Positions 26,560 through 40,499 of a stretch of DNA of 64,000 bases are shown here, piece after piece. The position numbers and the translations under genes were made by a program. Numbering within the stretch: the stretch's first letter is position 1; every line of letters begins with the position of its first letter. The notes beneath the pieces were generated by a model. It did not search any database. It had not been told where the DNA came from and saw only the letters and a program-made list of their open reading frames with translations. The DNA is from the human T2T-CHM13v2.0 reference genome, Homo sapiens: NCBI RefSeq assembly GCF_009914755.1, contig NC_060935.1; one strand, written 5' to 3'.

Positions 26560-26810
26560 CACCATAGCTAACACTTATGAAAGGCTTACAATGCTCCAGC
26601 TACAATACTAAGCACTTTACATAAACTAACTCATTCGATCTTTCCAACAACACTAGGAAGTATCTATTATTTTTATTTTCATTTTACAAATGGAGAAAAT
26701 AAAGCTTGAACATTGTTTAATTACTCCAAAATCACAAAGGTAATTAGTGATAAAACCAGGACTGGAATTCAAGCAGTCAGACTCCAGAACTCTTGTGCAT
26801 AATGCCCAAC
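26560..26810 (-). mobile_element. MIR SINE
   Basis: atagctaacacttat...ctaagcactttacata...cattttacaaatggagaaa...cagtcagactccagaac. Confidence 0.85.
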
Positions 26811-27819
26811 ATATCACATTGCACTGTCTTTATATTTCTATGCTAGTGTTTATCACATTATGCTAAATTATTTTTTGTTTTTTTTCCCCACAAGGAGATA
26901 TTTTTAGGAGAAGATTCCCTAGCATTTCAGGAGAAATTGCTAGCATGTCTGTTTAACTTGGAAAGAGCCTTGAGCTGACTATGAATCCTAAAGGTCAAGA
27001 TGTATCTTCATTTAATCAATCACTCAGGTGTTGAGGGCAAAACCTGAAAGTGACAAATACAATACCAAATGGTAAGGGTGGTGTGATGATTGGGGTAAGA
27101 AGAGGATGCTGTGAGGACACAAAACAGCAGGATCTTAGAAGAAAGGGAAATAAGTTTGATGGAAAAATGACATGAGCAAAGGCTTGGTGACTGGGAAATT
27201 ATAGAAATTTTCAGGAGTTCTTTCCTGAATTTGCCCTGTAGTTTGGCCTGTAGCCTTCCATTCCCAGGGATAGGAACCACACTCTCTGTGGGAAGAGAAG
27301 AAAGCTCTCTGAAATGCATAAGCATGGAAGGAAGTTTGCTGTTAGAGCTCCTCCTCAAGCTAGACTGTGCTTCCAGTGTGTTTATTTCCCCCAAATAGAT
27401 CTAAGTCCAATGAGACCAGTGACCACGTTTGCTGATGCTTCACTCTATGCTCAGCATCTTGAACTGTATCTAGAACTGTAGCTGGCATATAGTAGATACT
27501 CATAAGTAATCATGGGAAGAAGGCATGAATCTTCAAATTGAGCTTTGATATGAGATACTTCATCTACTAGCTCCTGACAACTTCCAAACGACAGAGATCT
27601 TTTGCCATCACTTTGCTAAGAGACCTTTTGCCATCACGTTGCTATCTTTTTAAAAAAAACTGACTTCACCCTCCATCCTCATAGTAACCTGACTATTTTG
27701 TCTGGTTTAACCAGATGTGCCTACAGGCAGTTATCAGGAGCTCAGTATCTCTTTTCTCTCAGGCTTTAATGTGATTCACATCGATAAAAGTCTTGTCTTT
27801 AGTTCTATTTATTTCAACA

Positions 27820-28500
27820 ATGAAGGAAGAAGCTACCCTTGCACTCAAGAAACTCACATTCAATTTACAGAGACAGACACACACCTAGAAAACCCTTACA
27901 GAGGGCAGTGTAGGTTATATGGCCTGATAGAGGTAAAAAAAAAATCATGATCTTCATAGGAATGTGAGTGCAAGTATTAATAGTAACTTAAGAGAAAGTG
28001 GGAACATAAAAGGAAAATGGCACGGAGTTGGATGTAGGGTGGTAGACAGAGGAGACAGTATTATAAGCACAGTTACAGATTAAAACAAGCCACTTTGATG
28101 AAGGAATATCTGGAGTCTTCAAGGGCAAGGAGTAGTGGTCTATGGCTAGAGCTCTGAGTACACAGGAAGGAGGGAGGTCAAGAGATAGGTGGATTACAGA
28201 GTGGCATACTTTCTGCACCAAAAGTCAAGATGCATGGGAACTAATAAAGCCTAATAGACAAAAGCATGAACGTGGCCATCAGAAAACCTGGGTTACCGTT
28301 CTAGCTCTATCATGTCCTACTCTTGTTACCCTGAAAAAGTAAATCAACCTAATTAAACTAAGTTATATCCAAAATAAAAATGATAATAATATCTGGCTCA
28401 CAGGACCATTTGGAAGGGCTGAATGAGATAATAAATATAAGGCTTCTGGAACATGTAAAGGGTTTTTTAAAGGGTTGGATATTTTTTAATGTTATTATTG
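27820..28500. mobile_element. L2 (-) fragment followed by a MIR (+)
   Basis: gcactcaagaaactcacatt; ggagtagtggtctatggctagagc; catcagaaaacctgggtt...gaatgagataat. Confidence 0.55.
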
Positions 28501-29777
28501 TCTAGAAAAATTATTTCTCCAGGTTTTAAATTTGCTTAATACCTTTGGAAGAGTATAGAAATTAAATTCTTTCTGTAGCTTGTTTAATAAACCATCTTTA
28601 TGGAAAGTGTAAGTTGAAATTAAATCCAAATTCATGTAGAAAATACTATATTTAGTGTGCAAGAAAGGAGTGTCAAATGCATTGAAAGGTAAGAATAGTG
28701 AAAAGCTGACAGCAACCAAAATTTACTGAGCACTTATGATGGCTTGAATTGTATGCCAAGCACAAGTACTTTCTAGTTCTTAGTTGTTCCATGTCCTCAA
28801 GTCAAGAATCAAGCTGAATAAACTCAGATCATATTTTTTTTCATAATGTGAAGAATATATCTTCCCACTTATAAAACCCAGGGTAAAAGGAAGCCAGAAC
28901 CTCAAAGGAGTTTCCTCCGGCATAAAACCAAAATGAAAAGCTTTCTCCTTCTAGTATAGAAGAATGTGGGGAATGTCTATTTAAAATGAATTTTTACTTA
29001 AAAAGAAGAGAAGAAAGTAGATACATCAAAAAGTCAAACTCTCAGGGGCAGGAGATATGAGTTGTACTCTACTCTCCATTTGGAACTAGAGACCAGCAAA
29101 GTAGTCCCTTAGCAACATGGAGTAAAAATAATCACAGAGTCATTTTAGGAGAGTCTGAATTAGCATTTCACATGCTCCTCAACACCAGTGTTGCAAGGAA
29201 TCCAGAAGTCCCCCTTGGACTATGGAGTTTGCTGTATCTGGAGTAAAGTGACCTTATAAATAAAGGCTACACGAAGGGCTGTTTCAACAAAGAGCTAACA
29301 AGGACCACTCTCAGCACGAGTGAAATAGGGTAGGGTTAGCAATGGGGTAAAAGAATCCCACAAGACCCTGTTGGAGGCCAGAGAATAAACCATGGGTTCA
29401 CTAATCATGAACTTCAGCCGCTAAGCCAATGTCAATGACCAGGCGAAAAAAGACATTGCCATGGAGACTCAAAGAGCCAGAGGGAGGTAAAAGGGCCTGC
29501 ATGTGGGGAGCCAGGCCCCCTCCTCCCTGCTGCCATAGGCAGCATCAGCCATCAGCCGTAATGTCATACACTTAGAGATGAGCAAGGAAGAAGTAGGATT
29601 TAAAAGAAAAGCATTACCCAAAGGGATTGAAACACCCAAAAAGCTATTATCTAAACTGGAAATGACTGAGATATCAGTAATTGGAAACTTTGGGTCCCCC
29701 ACCCTCAACCTTCTTTCTAGCTTCCAAATGACGTGGAACTTTTGAGCATGATTAAATCTGCTATAAAAAATAAAATT

Positions 29778-30050
29778 GGCCAGGCGCGGTGGCTCACACC
29801 TGTAATCCCAGCACTTTGGGAGGCCGAGGCGGGCAGATCACCTGAGGCCAGGAGTTCGAGACCAGCCTGACGAACATGGAGAAACCGCGTCTCTACTAAA
29901 AGTACAAAATTAGCCAGTTGTGGTGGCAGGCGCCTGCAATCCCAGCTATTCAGGAGGCTGAGGCAGGAGAATCTCTTGAACCACTCCAGCCTGGGCAACA
30001 AGATGGAGCAGAACTCCATCTCAAAAAAATAAAGATAAAAATAAAATAAT
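29778..30050 (+). mobile_element. AluSp-like with about 40 bp deleted from the right arm
   Basis: aacatggagaaacc diagnostic; ttgaacc is joined directly to actccagcc at about 29982. Confidence 0.93.
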
Positions 30051-30129
30051 AAAATCATATGTTCTTTGAGTAATAGTGAGAATACAATCTTGACCCAAGA
30101 ATATATGTAATGTAACATCTGTTCTTTAC

Positions 30130-30280
30130 AACAGATCTGTGAGCTTGACACTATTACTATCTCTATTTTACAGGTGAGGAAATTGAAGCATAATGAGGTT
30201 AAATAAGTTTCCCAAGTCAACAGCTAGGATTCCAACCCATACCTGATTGAGGCCAAAGCCACTCTTGTAACCACTACACC
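30130..30280 (-). mobile_element. MIR SINE
   Basis: ctattttacaggtgaggaaattgaagcataatgaggttaaataa. Confidence 0.8.
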
Positions 30281-31094
30281 TAACCAAAGTTTAAAGTCAA
30301 ATCATGGAAGATATTAAATGTCAGCATGTAAACTTCAAGCTTCACTTTATAGAAATTGGAATAAATAAAAAGTTTTCAACAGGGAGAAAGATTATTATTA
30401 TACTTGAAGTTTAGAAGAATCACTGTCATGATGATGTGTGGAACAGACCAAACAGATCAGGACTGATACACTGAGTTCATGTAAAAGATTTACAAAAAAA
30501 AAAAAAAAATAGAGTGAAGATTCAAACTCAGGTATATTTCATATAAATGTCATCGAATTTTCCTCTGGGCAAACTGTCTCCCCCACATGACCTCCAAATT
30601 TGAAGACAGAAGGAATGCAAGTATGGTTGTACCATCTACTGAGTGATGAGAGTTTTGTCAGTATAGAAAAAAATATCAAAATTGGTTTTGGATACATGCC
30701 TTCCTTAAATATTAATCTTCTTGAAAATAAATGGGACTCCATAAAATTTCAAGAAAACATTTCCAAAACTCTTGATATGGAAAAAGAGCATCATCATTAT
30801 TATGCTACATGTCTTAATTAATATTTTCTCAGAATGACTCAGTGTTGATATTGCCTCATTTACTTTTAAACTTTAACACATGAAAGTCCTATTTAAAACA
30901 ACCCATAAATTAAACTGAAAGTTTTCGAAAAATTCTTATAATCACTTTGGAAAGGTAGATAAATATTTTTAACAGATATGTGACCTGATTTCAGATATGT
31001 CCTGGGAAATTAGCATTTGTAGTTAAAGTCGAGGCATATACAACTGGAATTATAAATAGAAAAGCAAAGGATGGTGATGAAATAATCATTTGGT

Positions 31095-31440
31095 TCAATT
31101 CAAACCAATTAAATAAACTGTTATTGAACGTCTGCTTCATGCAGGGCACTTTGCTAGGTAATGGGATTACAAGAAGGCTTGAGAGAAAGTTTCTGTCCCC
31201 AAGGACTCAGAATCTGTGTTGCTGCAGAAAGAGCATGGCTTTTATAGCCACACTAACCTGGCTTTGAATCCTGACTCTGTCTTGTAGTAGTGCATGTCCT
31301 AGGGCAAATCACTCAAACTCCAAGCCCCCATTTCTTCCCTGTAAAGCAGTGAAAGTAATATACTACACCTAACTTGCAAGGTCACTATGAGAATTAGTAA
31401 TGAAGTAGGTAAATCCTAAAAACTGTGAACTATCAGCCTC
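31095..31440. mobile_element. L2 3' end (-) plus MIR (+)
   Basis: ttattgaacgtctgcttcatgcagggcactttgctagg; tttgaatcctgactctgtc...gggcaaatcactcaa. Confidence 0.7.
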
Positions 31441-31699
31441 ATTAGGGAACACTAGTTTACAAACAGTTATAACAAATGACACTCTAGTGTAAAAGTTATA
31501 TTATTGAGACAGAGTCATGCTGCTTTTGTTCTAAGAGGTGGTCTGGGGTTCTAGGTTTTTTGTTTGTTTGTGTTTTACAGAGATGTATTTCTACAAGAAG
31601 AAAGAGGGCAGACATTGAAAACAGTTTTCTTCAGTCATCTAATAAATGTTGTTAGATAGCAGACAGTCCAACTAGGAAAGGCAACTAGCCATTTATCAA

Positions 31700-31900
31700 A
31701 TCAACCACATTCAATCACATTCTCATGTTATATTATTTAATCCTAACCACATCCCTGTGATGATGTATTGTCTTGTTTTGTTTATTTTAAAGATAAGGAA
31801 ACAGAATTTTGGGAGAGATTAAATTATCTCCAAGATCACACAACCAGCAAGTAGCAGGACTAGAATCCAAACCACTATGTACCCTGTGCCTTGCATCCCA
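31700..31900 (-). mobile_element. MIR SINE
   Basis: atttaatcctaacc...agataaggaaacaga...ccaagatcacacaacc. Confidence 0.7.
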
Positions 31901-33299
31901 TGTGCTACCTCTCAGCCTATCTGGAGACATCTATACAAAGAATCTTGTGAAGGCGTTCCATGAACTTGAATCAGTGAAGTTGAAGGACCAGGTTGGATGT
32001 ATCTGGAGTACGGAGAATCTGTCTCACTGGAGAGATTGGGAATTTAGCAGGATTTGGAGATCCTTGGGATAAGGAAGGCAGAAAGTTGCAAGGAACTGAG
32101 GTGGTTATGAATGGAACCCACCCACCTACAAGCTCGTTTTGGAATGCTGGAGGATTGATGCCTCTGCAAATCATCTTTCAAAGGCAGGAAAGAGAGGAAG
32201 TTTTTTAGTATACAAGTCTAGTTTCTTCAAGAGTTTCCAGATGGCCTTCTGAGCATTCCCACTATCCTGATCTGCCTCTGAAGCTATATCCTTCTTGAAA
32301 TTGTAGTTCCTAGAGATCAATGCAATGATCCAAGTTGTTTTCATATTTACATGAATCAAAAGCACTATCACCTCCTTCACTTTGAACACTATTAAAATTA
32401 ATGCAACCTAAGATGACACTGGTGTTCTGTTTTGTCTTGTTTTTATCAGTCATGCACCATTTAGTGACCCATGTGGCCTGCACAGGTTTTATTTAAGAGA
32501 CACATGTTTTTAATTGACAAAACAATGCAATCCTGGTGTTTTCCAAAGCCTTTAAGAGATGCCCATAAAGAAGACTTTATATTTCAGACTGTGACCAGGT
32601 TAAGGAGGTTTTAGAATCACAGCATTGTTTCCTAAACAGGAATGACAGCTAAAATGTTTTCTTTTAAATGATTCAAGAGGTATTGAGCCACTGTCTGAAG
32701 AACAAATCCATCCTCAGTGTGGCAGCTTTTTTCTCCCTCATTTGTTTTCATTCTGTCTGCATCACAAATTGTACACAACTTTTAGGGGCAAGTTTCTCTA
32801 GGAAAGAAAACTGATTAAAATGGAAAGGCCTCCCAAGAAAGAAATGCTTATTTTGGGATCACAATTTTTTAAATGAATAAATCACGCCATGGGGCTGTGC
32901 TTCTAGCTTTATATTTCTAAACCGAAGCTTTCTGAGAAGATTTTTCCAAGGTTTGTTAAAAAAGGCTTTGATATATGAGAAAGATTCAACCCAATTGGAC
33001 TGTGGCTCCTTCTCAGAATATTGCCTTAGTAACAGAGTGAAGAGGGTGGTCCTTGTCTGTTGCTGAAGTCTCTGCAAGAAAAACACTATGAACCAGTACT
33101 GCACAGAACAATAGCCTCATGACTAAATAGTTGTGTGAGATAATTAGTTGCAAATCATTAATAATAGGCAGGGGTACGAATAAGAAAAAAACAATACTTA
33201 GAACCAAAAGATCTTTTCCATTTATATTCAGAATTAAAATATAGGTTAGGAATATTCTTTAACTAGACCAATCATGCGCTAATTTTTCCTCAAACCCAG

Positions 33300-33700
33300 T
33301 TTTCAAGAATTAAGCATTTATTGAGCACTTACTCATGGCCAGGAAAAGCCAAGTATTGGGAATACAAAGAAAAATAAGACCAGTTTTTTGCTCTCTAGTA
33401 GCTCTAGTTCAAGAGTGATATAAATCGACAAATTATAATGTAGCATATAAGAGTAATGGTAAGGAAGTAGGCACTGTGTTGTTAAACACAGAGGGGGGTG
33501 CCCAAAACCCTGGGCTGTCAGCCAAACGAAAGCCTCACGAGGAAATGAAACTGAAGTAGGCTTTACAGTTGGGTGACAGCTATTCTGAGAATGGAGGCAA
33601 GGCATTGTAGGTACGATAAACAATGTATATACAAGGAGTTATGAAAGTTTGATATAGTTTGCATAATTAACAAATGGGGACAAATTCAATGTCCAGACTG
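33300..33700 (-). mobile_element. L2 fragment
   Basis: aagcatttattgagcacttact...gggaatacaaagaaaaataagac. Confidence 0.7.
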
Positions 33701-34724
33701 TAGAGTAGGTGGAAGTAATGTAGGTGGCAGACAAGAATACAAAGAAATCTTGGGGCCAGAGGAGAGAAGTCCTCTCTGGCCAACACAAGATGGCAAGTTA
33801 TGCATCTGTCCATGGTGGTCTTTTCGCAATGACTGTAATGATTCCTGCTGTATTAGAGTCCTTCTGAATTGGAATTTCTTGCATGGCTTTTTTCTCTTCC
33901 ACCCTATTGAGAGATATCTGGAAACATTTCAGTTTTTGTAAAAGTCCTGTAAGAGTATCTTAAGTGTTCTGTGCATGCCTTCCTCAAAAATCTCAAGACA
34001 TAAGGTAGGGCCAGTCCTGAACAAAAACATGAAGCAGGGAAAGGAATAAGCATTTATTGATCACATTCTCTTTCTCAGACATTTTTTACATCCTATATCA
34101 TTTAATCTTTACAATAATCCTAAAAGGGTAAATATCATTGTGCTACAAAACAGATAAAAAAGCTCAATATATATTTGCTTCATTAATGAGTGTGCTCAAA
34201 AAGAGAAAGCATTTTGTCAAAAGCCACACAGCCAATAGGTGTGTCTGGCTTCAAAGCCTTTTTCCATGATATTAACCTGTGCAGCTTAGCTTCAGGGTTG
34301 TCCGCCTTTCCATTTCTGTAATATTTGCCTCTTCTCAAACATCACCATTACTATAGACTTCCAAGTATCTTATTGCTGATGTGAATGAATTTGAACCCCA
34401 GGTGACAAGTAGATCTTAAGTGTGCAGTCACAATTCCCAGAATGTAAGCCTGGATTTGCCATTAGTAAGCTGTGTGATTCTAAGTGAGTAATTTTGTCTC
34501 TCAGTTTTCTCACTTTTAAAATAGAGAGATCTGAAGAGTCTTCAGGGGCCCTTTAAGGTCTAACATTCTGTGGTACACTCTATACCTATGAGGAGCATTT
34601 GAAGAGAAATAGCAATGCTTGACCAAAAGGAATCAACTCTCTAATGATGGAATTTCAGATATTGTGCCATAACTTGGGGAAATAGAGATCTGAGGCTGAA
34701 GAAGGTAGGTCTACCTGATACCAA

Positions 34725-35290
34725 TCAATTCAACAGGCATTTAAAGAGAGCCTACTATAGGCCAGATAAATAAAATAGCTTCTGATTTCAAGGAGTTTTT
34801 GTTTCAGTGGCAAAAATAAACTTGTAAGAAAACAATGACTGTACGGGAGAATGAGGCACTGCAAGAGAAGAAAACACAGGCAGTGAGTGAATACAGAGAA
34901 GAGGCACCTGAAACACTTTAGAGTTTCATGGAAGGTTTCCCAAAGGAGGTGAAAATTAGGCTGAAGCATGAAGGACAAGTACTTCTTAAAGGCCTCATAG
35001 GAGAAAAGGGGTAAATGTGAATGTCTTTCATACAGAAGAAGCAGTAGGTGAAATGCTAAGAGGTGTGAATTAGCAGGATGCCTGTAGAAATTACAAGTTG
35101 TGCACTGTTGTGAAAGCCAAAACTCCATATTGCAAAGAAGCAGGACATAAGCTGAAGATGGAAAAGTAAGCAGGAGCCAGAAAACTGAGGGCCTTGCACT
35201 CCATGCTAAGGAGTTTTGACATTATCTCATGGATCTCAAGAGATAGTGAAAAGCTTTAAGCAGAGATAGTTATTCAAAAGTAACTTCCCT
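34725..35290 (-). mobile_element. L2 fragment
   Basis: attcaacaggcattt...ggaaggtttccc...ccatgctaaggagttttgacattatc. Confidence 0.75.
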
Positions 35291-36531
35291 CTTCATCCAC
35301 ACCTTGAACCAGCTTGCCTCTTTCAGATAAGCCTACAAGTTGGGGTCAAACTGCATGGCCTTTCCAGTCCTTTCTTGAAAATCTTCTAAGTTGAACCTTC
35401 CATAACCATATACCTATGATCTTATGCTCTGAAGACCCCAGAAGAATTAATTCTGTACATGCTAAGCATTTCTGCATGGGCTGCTTCCCAAGCAAGACAG
35501 ACAAAAGCCACAGCACAAGCTCTGAACAAACTCTGCAGCTCCTGAATTATTCAGGGTACTATTAAAATGAGGCTCACGACTCACAGGGCAAATTAATTTT
35601 AATTTTTAAACAGGCAACATTTTAAACTGTTCATTTCCTTGAAATGTATCCGTCCTGGCATTTTTATCATCAGAAGAGTAAGTAAAGCTCACAATGGAAA
35701 GAGAAAAAACAGTTGGCATGTCCCTAAACTGGGACTCTTTAGTGTCTGGGAAGAGTCTGTCTAGAATGAGTAAGAGTCACATCATATATCCTTGGAGAGT
35801 ATGTATCTTGAAACTTTAGTGTGAGTCCAAGAAATTCAGGGCTAGAAAATTCATTTTCCTTCTGCTTTTGTCATAGTGACGTGTGGTCAGCAGTCTGAAA
35901 CTCCAGCACTTCAGCCAGAGTGCTTTAACTCTGCAGCCTATTTCCACACAAAGGCAAGAGCACAGTAAATGGCCTATGCTACGGAAGCCTAAGAACATCT
36001 CTCTGAACTGTAAACTTCTCTCTAGGACAGGGACATGTTTTTCCTTTCCTTTTATACTATCTCAGCATTCTATGGCTAGCAACTGAAGTGTCCTTGCCAT
36101 GCCCAGTAGCCCCAGGAACAAAATAAGATGTCACCACTGCTGCCTAAACTTTGCCTCCAAATGACTCCAGATTCTAACTCTCTTGTCACTCAGACATTCA
36201 GATCAAGTTGGCTTCTGTGTATGAACTGAAAGTGAGGACGTTAAGTTAGGGTAGAGCCAGACCAGTACTCAGGCTTTCTCCCTTCCTATCCGGGCTTCAA
36301 CCACTACACTTGTTAGCCCATTAGAATCAGGAAGTCTCTCAGACGCTCACCTGACTTCCCTCCCTACTCCTTGTCTTCGTGATCACTGGCAGTCACACAC
36401 ACACACAAAGAAAATAAGTGAATATTTTTGAGGACCTCCCCCCATTGTAGAGCCACCACTCAGATAGTCAATTTACAGACATCACAATACTATTTAATCC
36501 TTTCAATAAGTCTGTGAGAAAGAATGCTTTA

Positions 36532-36847
<316 letters not shown>

Positions 36848-37319
36848 TTAGACCTATTTTGTATTTGAAAAAAATTGAGGCACACAGATTACACAGAAAA
36901 CCAGTTGTAGTACTAACATTTTAACCCATGTCTGTCTGACTGTAAAGTTTTTGGTCTTTCTATTTCACTGAGGAGAACTTGAGGGAGTTAGGGTGAACTC
37001 TCTGATTGAGGAAAGAGTCTTCTATTTCACAGCTTGACTCAGGCCTTCAGCCCGTGTGATATTTCTTAACCCTTGTGGTTCCCTCATCCCTATACAGACA
37101 GGAGTTCGCATTTCCTGCCCATCTGTGTCTCATCACAACTTCTTAGACTCACCAAAGGTCCTCGCTGTGTCACCACAGGACTAATATTCACGGCCATTTT
37201 GGAAAAAGCCCCAGTGGCCAGAAAGGCAGCTTTGTTCAGTTACAGTCTACCCACTCTTGCTTAGCTATGCTCCAATTTCCAGACACAAAGCACAATCTTA
37301 ACTCAGGTCCATCAGCTCT

Positions 37320-37923
37320 CTTGCTTGACACCTTTCTGTCCAAAGTGGTCTCTTTGCTTCCAGTCTTTCCCTCATCCAATCCACACTCTACACTAATGTC
37401 AAAAATGCAGCTCCAAAAGGTATATATAAACATGGCTCTATTTGCTGAAAACTCCTTGCCTAATTTAATAAGGGTGTGTGAGGCCCTTCATGTTCTAGCC
37501 TCTCACTTCAGCCTTATTCCTTGCTGCTCTTCCTGTCCCCATCCTTAAACCCTATGCTTCAACCATATCAAAATACTGCCATTGCCCATGCTACAGCACT
37601 TTTGTGAGTTTTGCATATACTGCAACACATATACATGTCCACTTGGTGAACTCCTAATCATTCTTCAAAGCCCAGATCAAGTGTAGCACTTTCATGAAGC
37701 CTCCATGTCCATTGCAGAAGAAATTTATCACTCATTTTGGGGCTCTCACTGTTTTTTGAACATTCTTAAGTTACAACACCTACCTTATATCAGTCTGTCA
37801 TTTTAGAACTCTCTTTTCTTTAGTATACCGTGTGTTCCTTAAGGAAAGAGAAACCATATCTGATTCATCTTGGAAACCCAGTTTGCATAAAACAAGCATT
37901 CAACAAACTTTTGAGGAATGAAT
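37320..37923 (+). mobile_element. L2 3' portion
   Basis: ggtgaactcctaatcattcttcaaagcccagatcaagtgt...ttcaacaaacttttgaggaatgaat. Confidence 0.75.
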
Positions 37924-37925
37924 TA

Positions 37926-38166
37926 CGGTCATCTTTCAATATATATTGGGGAATGGTTTCAGGATCCTCTCGTATACCAAAATCCCAGTATACTCAAGTC
38001 ATTCACAGTCATCCTTGCAGTATCTGCCTACAGGAAAAGTTAGTTTTCCAATGCATGAGTTTCACATCCCTTAAATATTGTATTTTCCATTCACATTTGG
38101 TTTTTTAAAAATCTGCATAAAAGTGGACCCACACAGTTCAAATTCTTGCTGGTAAAGGGTCAACTA
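37926..38166. mobile_element. MER8 (Tigger-family MITE), full length
   Basis: cggtcatc...ggggaatggtttcagga...ataccaaaatcc...aagtggacccacacagttcaaa...aagggtcaacta; TA flanks. Confidence 0.88.
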
Positions 38167-38929
38167 TAGTTGAAAATAAATAGTTTAATAATTCATATAT
38201 CAAGAAATTAAATCAGAGTAGCTCAGTTTTACTCGGGTCTCTCAATAGCGTTTTGTTAGAAATCGGTCTTCTAAATATTATTTTCATGTCTCATGTAAAC
38301 AGTTTTCTGTATGGAAAAACATTCTAATCAGCTAATAATACTTAGTTTCAAACATGTGGCAGTTATATTTCTTATAAATTAATAATTGAGCATTCTAATT
38401 TATACATAAGTCGTCTATAAATTTGGTTAGTGCAAGTCAGTCCTCATGAGACTGATAACCTCCAGCTACATTGGGAAAATTGTCTTTCAGATCAGATTGT
38501 AGTAACCTAAGAGCCAGCTTTCCTAAGAGCCAGAGTTCCATGAAAGCAGCCAGTCAACTTCTATCTTTATGGAATTGCTCTTTAAAATTAAACTGTGAGA
38601 CCTTAACCCTGAGCCTTAATTTTTTAATTTCAAAATAAGGGGTTGGATTCGGTCTTGAGTCACAAACTCAAATGCTTGCTGTTAACCTAGTGAGTGAACT
38701 CAACTGGGTGTCGACCAAAAGAGCTTGATTGCATGTGTAACTATCATAATCAGTCACAACTTCTACCTAGTTGCATTGTTCATCAATGTATAAGACACCA
38801 AACACAGCACAGACATAGGCCTTGTATGCCCATCAGTCACCTGATGTGGAAGCTCTCCTTACTCACAGAACTCGAATACACTTTAAGACTGTGATATTGT
38901 GACTGCCATTTCTATGACCTCCATGCTTG

Positions 38930-39290
38930 CTTTCATTTATTCATTCAATAATAAGTATTGCAGGCACTCAAGTAGTGGCTGACAGCACTAGGGTAAATAA
39001 ACATGACCCTACCTTCAATGGACACTAGAGTCTGGTGGAAAAGTTGGATAACTAATTAAAGACTTGTGGTATTAAAGAGAGTTTACAAAGAGCTGTGGGA
39101 GTACAGGAAAAAATATTGTCTATGCACAGAGTTGTTGCCCTGGGAAGGTCAGAAAGGTTTCACAGAGAAAATGATATGCGAGCTGAGCCTAGAAAGATAA
39201 ATAAGAGGTTTTCAGACAGTGAAGAACATTTAGGTAAGGTGAATAGTATGGGTAAAGGCATAAAAATAGGCGTTCAAAATGGAAAGCGGA
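38930..39290 (-). mobile_element. L2 fragment
   Basis: ttcatttattcattcaa tail; ggtcagaaaggtttcacagag...agctgagcctagaaagat. Confidence 0.7.
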
Positions 39291-39784
39291 AGGGTATAAA
39301 ATGCAGTTATCTCTTCTTCATCCAAAAACTGCAGAAGGTGAGAGAGCATAAAAGAAAAGAAAAACACCACTTTCTAGTTCCACTGAGACTTGTCCCCACT
39401 TAAACACAGCAACCCCACCACAAGCATTAAGCCATTCATTCAACATTTGCACTGCTAACCTAGCCCAGGTTTTTTGAGCAAAGATGTGAGCAAGACATCT
39501 CTCATACCCAATGTACTGTATTCATGCAGTCAGCTTCCTTTCTTATGAGGAATTTCTCAACCAAGTAAACAAGACCCTCCTTCTCAGAGGCCCCAGCAGC
39601 CCACAGGAACTCTTCACTGAAAAACAATTTGAATAATGCTAATTTTTTAGAGTGATGGATAGACACTAAACAGTTGATTTAACATATTCCTTAAATTGCC
39701 TCTGTACAGAGTAGAGGGAACAACCACTTAAGATACAGGTTGTTAAACTTTTTATTAATGCTTCATCTGAAATAGGGAGCAGAG

Positions 39785-40250
39785 GAAGGAATTAACAACA
39801 ATAAGAGCCACTACTTATGTAGCACTCACTATGCTCTGATTATCACTGTAACTGCCTCACAAACATTAATTTACTTAATCCTCACTATAGCCCAATGAAG
39901 AAAGCCCTATTATCATCTTATTTTACAAAGGGAGAAACTGAGGCTCAAGGAGATTGTTTCTCACTCTTTGCTGATAAGTGGCAAAAAACTGACATTTGAA
40001 CTCTGGCAGAAGAACCCTCAGACGTTGCTCTTAAGAATTATAATACAGACTCATAATATAGAAGATACAAACCCTCTGTCATATTATATGCCAAATGCTC
40101 TGGATAAACTGTATCATTTAATCTTCATGACATCCAATATTATGAATTAAGAGCTGAGGCCTGGAGAGGGTAACTGGCCCGATATTACACAGCTGGTAAG
40201 TGAAATAGGCTGAATTTGATTTCAAGTTTATCTGATTTAAAGCTTATGTC
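39785..40250 (-). mobile_element. Two MIR SINEs
   Basis: ttaatcctcac...attttacaaagggagaaactgaggctc; tcatttaatcttcat...ctgaggcctggagaggg. Confidence 0.8.
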
Positions 40251-40499
40251 ACAGTGTCTGTCTCTGTAAGTGACACATAAGGAAGACAAGTGGCTAGCAA
40301 GGCAGAAGTTCTGACTTCCCTGGATGACATTATTTTAACTTTAATGCCAATATCTGGTAGATTTGAAAATACCTGTAACTGAGGATCTTCATTAAACAGT
40401 GAAGAGTTTTGCCGGGTCAGTAGTTTTCAGACAATGTTCCTTGAAGCCCCAGGGGATTCTTCAAAGGGGAAAGTCCAAGTCCAAGCTTTTGCTGGGTTT

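Noticed and set aside
29717-30220. 167-aa minus-strand ORF, one of the longest in the track
   Set aside because: It reads through a MIR and an antisense Alu ([13 protein letters not shown]), a classic Alu-derived false ORF. Likewise 17413-17709, 43127-43369, 44273-44575 and 57153-57446.
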